From the human T2T-CHM13v2.0 reference genome, Homo sapiens, in assembly GCF_009914755.1 (NCBI RefSeq), contig NC_060928.1: a DNA stretch of 64,000 nucleotides. One strand, 5' to 3'. The notes beneath the pieces are model-generated. The model made no database searches. It worked only from the letters and a program-made list of their open reading frames with translations, and had not been told where the DNA came from. Of the stretch, positions 60,401 through 64,000 are shown one piece after another. Both the position numbers and the translations under genes were made by a program. Within the stretch, counting starts at the first letter, position 1, and each line of letters begins with the position of its first letter.

Positions 60401-63400
60401 ATATTTTATCTACAGTGTATAATAAATACTATGGGTACTTTGATATATTATGTACAATAGATAATACATGCTTTGGGTACTTTGATATTTTATGTACAGT
60501 ATATAATACATACTTTGGGTACTTTGATATTTTATGTACAGTATATAATACATACATTGGGTGCTTTCATATTTCATGTACACTATATAATATATAGTTT
60601 GGGTACTTTGGTATATTATGTACTGTATATAATACATACTTTGAGTATTTTGATATTTTATGTACAGTATATAATACATACTTTGGGTACTTTGATATTT
60701 TATGTACAGTATATAATGCATAATTTGGGTACTTCAATAGTTTATGCACAGTATATAATACATACTTTGGGTAATTTGATATTTTATGTACAGTATATAA
60801 TGCATACTTTGGGTACTTTGATAGTTTATGTACAGTATACAATACATACTTTGGGTACTTTGATATTTTATGTACAGTATATAATATGTAGTTTGGGTAC
60901 TTTGATATTTTAACTACAGTATATAATACATACTTTGGGTACTTTGATATTTTATCTACAGTATATAACAGATACTTTGGGTACTTTGATATATTATGTA
61001 CAGTATATAATACATAGTTTGGTTACTTTGATATTTTTTGTACAGTATGTAAAACATACTTTGGGGAGTTTGATATTTTATGAACAGTATATAATACACA
61101 TTTTGGGTACTTTGATATTTTATGTACGGTATATAATACATACTTTGGGTACTTTGATATTTTATGTACAGTATATAATTCATACTTTGGGTACTTTGAT
61201 ATTTTATGTACAGTATATAATACATACTTTGGGTACTTTGATATTTTATGTACAGTATATAATACATACTTTGGGTACTTTGATATTTTATGTACAGTAT
61301 ATAATACATACTTTGGGTATCTTGATATTTTATGTACAGTATATAATGCATACTTTGCGTACTTTGATATTTTATGTACAGTATATAATGCATACTTTGG
61401 GTACTTTGATATTTTATGTACAGCATGTAATACATACTTTGGGTACTTTGATATTTTATGTATAGTATATAATACATACTTTGTGTAGTTTGATATTTTA
61501 TGTACAGTATACAATATATAGTTTGAGTACTTTGTTATTTTATGTGCAGTATAAAATATATAGTTTTCGTAATTGATATTTTATGTACAGAATATAGTTT
61601 GAATACTTTGATATTTTATGTACACTTTATTATAAATGTTTGGGTACTTTCATATTTTATGTACAGTATATAATACATACTTTGGTCTCTTTGATGTTTT
61701 ATGTACAGTATATAATACATACCTTGGGTTCTTTGATATTTTATGTGCAGAATATAATGCATAGTTTTAGGTACTTTTATATTTTATGTACAGTATATAA
61801 TACATACTTTGGGTACTTTGATATTTTATGTACAGTATATAATACATACTTTGGGTACTTTGATATTTTATGTACAGTATATAATACATACTTTGGGTAC
61901 TTTGATATTTTATGTACAGTATATAATACATACATTGGGTACTTCGATATTTTATGTGCAGTACCCTATATATAGTTTGGGTACTTTGATATTTTATGTC
62001 CAGTATAAAATAAATAGTTTTGGTACTTTGATATTTTATGTACAGTATATAGTTTGAGTACTTTGATATTTAATGTTCAGTTTATTATAAATGTTTGGGT
62101 GCTTTCATATTTTATATACAGTATATAATACATACTTTGGGCACTTTGATATTTTCTGTACAGTATATAATACATACTTTGGGTACTTTGATATTTTATA
62201 TACGGTATATAATACATACATTGGGTACTTTGATATTTTATGTACAGTATATAATATATAGTTTGGTTACTTTGATATTTTATATACAGTATATAATATA
62301 TATTATGTGTACTTTGATATATTATGTACAGTATATAATATATAGTATGGGTTGTTTGATATTATATGTACAGTATATAATATATAGTTTGGGTAGTTTG
62401 ATATTTTTAGTACAGTATGTAATATATAGTTTGTTTTATTTGATATTTTATGTACAGTATACAATATATAGTATTGGTACGTTCATATTTCATGTAAAGT
62501 ATATAGTTTGAGTACTTTGATATTTTATATGCAGTTTATTATAAATGTTTTGGTACTTTCATATTTTATGTACAGTATATAATACATACTTTGGGAACTT
62601 TTATTTTATGTGCAGTATATAATACATACTTTGGGTACTTTGATATTTCATGTACAGTATATAATACACACTTTGGGTATTTTGATATTTTATGTACAGT
62701 ATATAATACACACTTTGGGTACTTTGATATTTTATGTACAGTATATAATACATACTTTGGTACTTTTATGTTTCATGTACAGTATATAATATATAGTTTG
62801 GGTACTTTGATATTTTATGTACAGTATATAATACATAGTTTGGGTATTTTGATATTTTATGTACAGTGTATAATACATACTTTGGGTACTTTGATATTTT
62901 ATGTACAGTATGTAATATATAGTTTGGGTACTTTGATATTTTATGTGCAGTATATAACACATACTTTCGGTAGTTGGATATTTTATGTACAGTATATAAT
63001 ACATACTTTCGGTACTTCGATATTTGATGTACAGTATACTATATATAGATGGGTACTTTGATATTTTATGTCGGGTATAAAATAAATAGTTTTGGTACTT
63101 AGATATTTTATGTACAGTATATAGTTTGAGTACTTTGATATTTTATGTACAGTTTGTTATAAATGGGTGCTTTCATATTTTATGTACAGTATATAATACA
63201 TACTATGGGCACTTTGATATTTTATGTACAGTATATAATACATACTTTGGGTACTTTGATATTTTATGCACACTACATAATACATACTTTGGGTACTTTG
63301 ATATTTTATGTACAGTATGTAATACATAATTTGGGTACTTTTATATTTTATGTATAGTATATAATACTTACTTTGGGTACTTTGATATTTTATGGACAGT

Positions 63401-64000
63401 GTATAATACATACTTTGGGTACTTTGATATTTTATGTACAGTATATAACATATAGTGTGGGTAATTTGATATTTTATATACAGTATATAATACATAATTT
63501 GGGTACTTTGATATTTTATGTACAGTATATAATACATACTTTGGGTACTTTGATATTACATGCACAGTATACAATATATAGTTTGAGTACTTTGATATTT
63601 TATGTACTGTATAAAATATATAGTTTTGGTACTTTGATATTTTATGTACAGTATATAGTTTGAGTACTTTGATATTTTATGTACAGTTTGTTATAAATGT
63701 TTGGGTGCTTTCATATTTTATGTACAGTATATAATACATACTTTGGGCACTTTGATATCTTATGTACAGTATATAATACATACTTTGGGTTCTCTGATAT
63801 TTTCTGTACAGTGTATAATACATACTTTGGGTACTTTGATATTTTATGTACAATATATAATACATACGTTGGGAACTTTGATATATTATGTACAGTATAT
63901 AATACATACTTTGGGTACTTTGATATTTTATCTACAGTATACAACACATAGTTTGTATACTTTGATATTTTATGTACAGTATATAATACATACTTTGGGT
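36476..64000. repeat. Macro-repeat unit, copy 2 (incomplete at window end; carries a 1-bp insertion and a 4,396-bp deletion)
   Basis: The offset to copy 1 is 36,475 up to about 51,390, then 36,476 up to about 61,280 (e.g. 24459/60935), then 32,080 (e.g. 29560/61640, 31293/63373). Confidence 0.95.

Larger units (their letters stand above)
1..64000. repeat. HSat1A (classical satellite I / SAR) 42-bp tandem satellite array, about 1,500 monomers, T-rich strand on +
   Basis: Seen: a continuous head-to-tail 42-bp monomer GTATATAATACATACTTTGGGTACTTTGATATTTTATGTACA from base 1 to 64000. The two GTAC sites give ACTTTGATATTTTATGT (17 bp) and ACAGTATATAATACATACTTTGGGT (25 bp). Established: human satellite I (HSat1A) is a 42-bp AT-rich repeat of alternating 17- and 25-bp RsaI fragments. 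No foreign insertion or strand switch was seen. Confidence 0.97.

Noticed and set aside
17-63951. Hundreds of ORFs (up to 437 aa) in the six-frame track as protein-coding genes
   Set aside because: They are translations of the 42-bp monomer. They overlap on both strands, have no domain-like sequence, and their starts and stops follow random monomer variants and landmark indels.
1-64000. CRISPR array or repeat-spacer system
   Set aside because: There are no unique spacers; the sequence between any chosen repeat core is itself the conserved remainder of the monomer. No cas-like ORFs or leader are present.
1-64000. Alpha satellite/CENP-B boxes, HSat2/3 (CATTC)n, HSat1B or telomeric repeats
   Set aside because: The period is 42 bp, not 171 or 5 bp. 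I saw no CENP-B box, no Alu-derived segment and no TTAGGG tracts; isolated TTAGGG hits such as about 1932 are single-base variants of TTTGGG.
1-64000. Inversions or transposon insertions within the array
   Set aside because: Every line read keeps the same T-rich orientation, and no non-satellite segment, poly(A) tail or target-site duplication was seen by eye.

Overview
The whole 64 kb window is one uninterrupted, single-orientation tandem array of an AT-rich 42-bp satellite. The consensus is GTATATAATACATACTTTGGGTACTTTGATATTTTATGTACA (32/42 = 76% A+T, no CpG). Two GTAC (RsaI) sites split it into 17-bp and 25-bp sub-units, which matches human classical satellite I / HSat1A (Repbase SAR). That family occurs in pericentromeric chr3/chr4 and on the acrocentric short arms; I cannot assign the chromosome from the sequence. 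I found no genes, RNA genes, transposons or CRISPR arrays. All ORFs are artefacts of a 14-codon monomer that is stop-free in 4 of 6 frames. The real content is layered repeat architecture. (1) A recurrent landmark of a 35-bp plus a 41-bp truncated monomer cuts the array into about 50 variable-length blocks of 42n-8 bp per 36 kb. (2) These blocks form families reshuffled by kb-scale duplications (offsets 4,178, about 6,010, 13,281, 30,710 and 31,974 bp). (3) On top sits a very recent tandem macro-repeat with a 36,475-bp period. Its two copies differ by at least 9 substitutions, one 1-bp insertion and one 4,396-bp in-register deletion whose crossover maps to a 6-bp window. I see no support for a novel protein-coding system; the most notable observation is the macro-repeat and block hierarchy.
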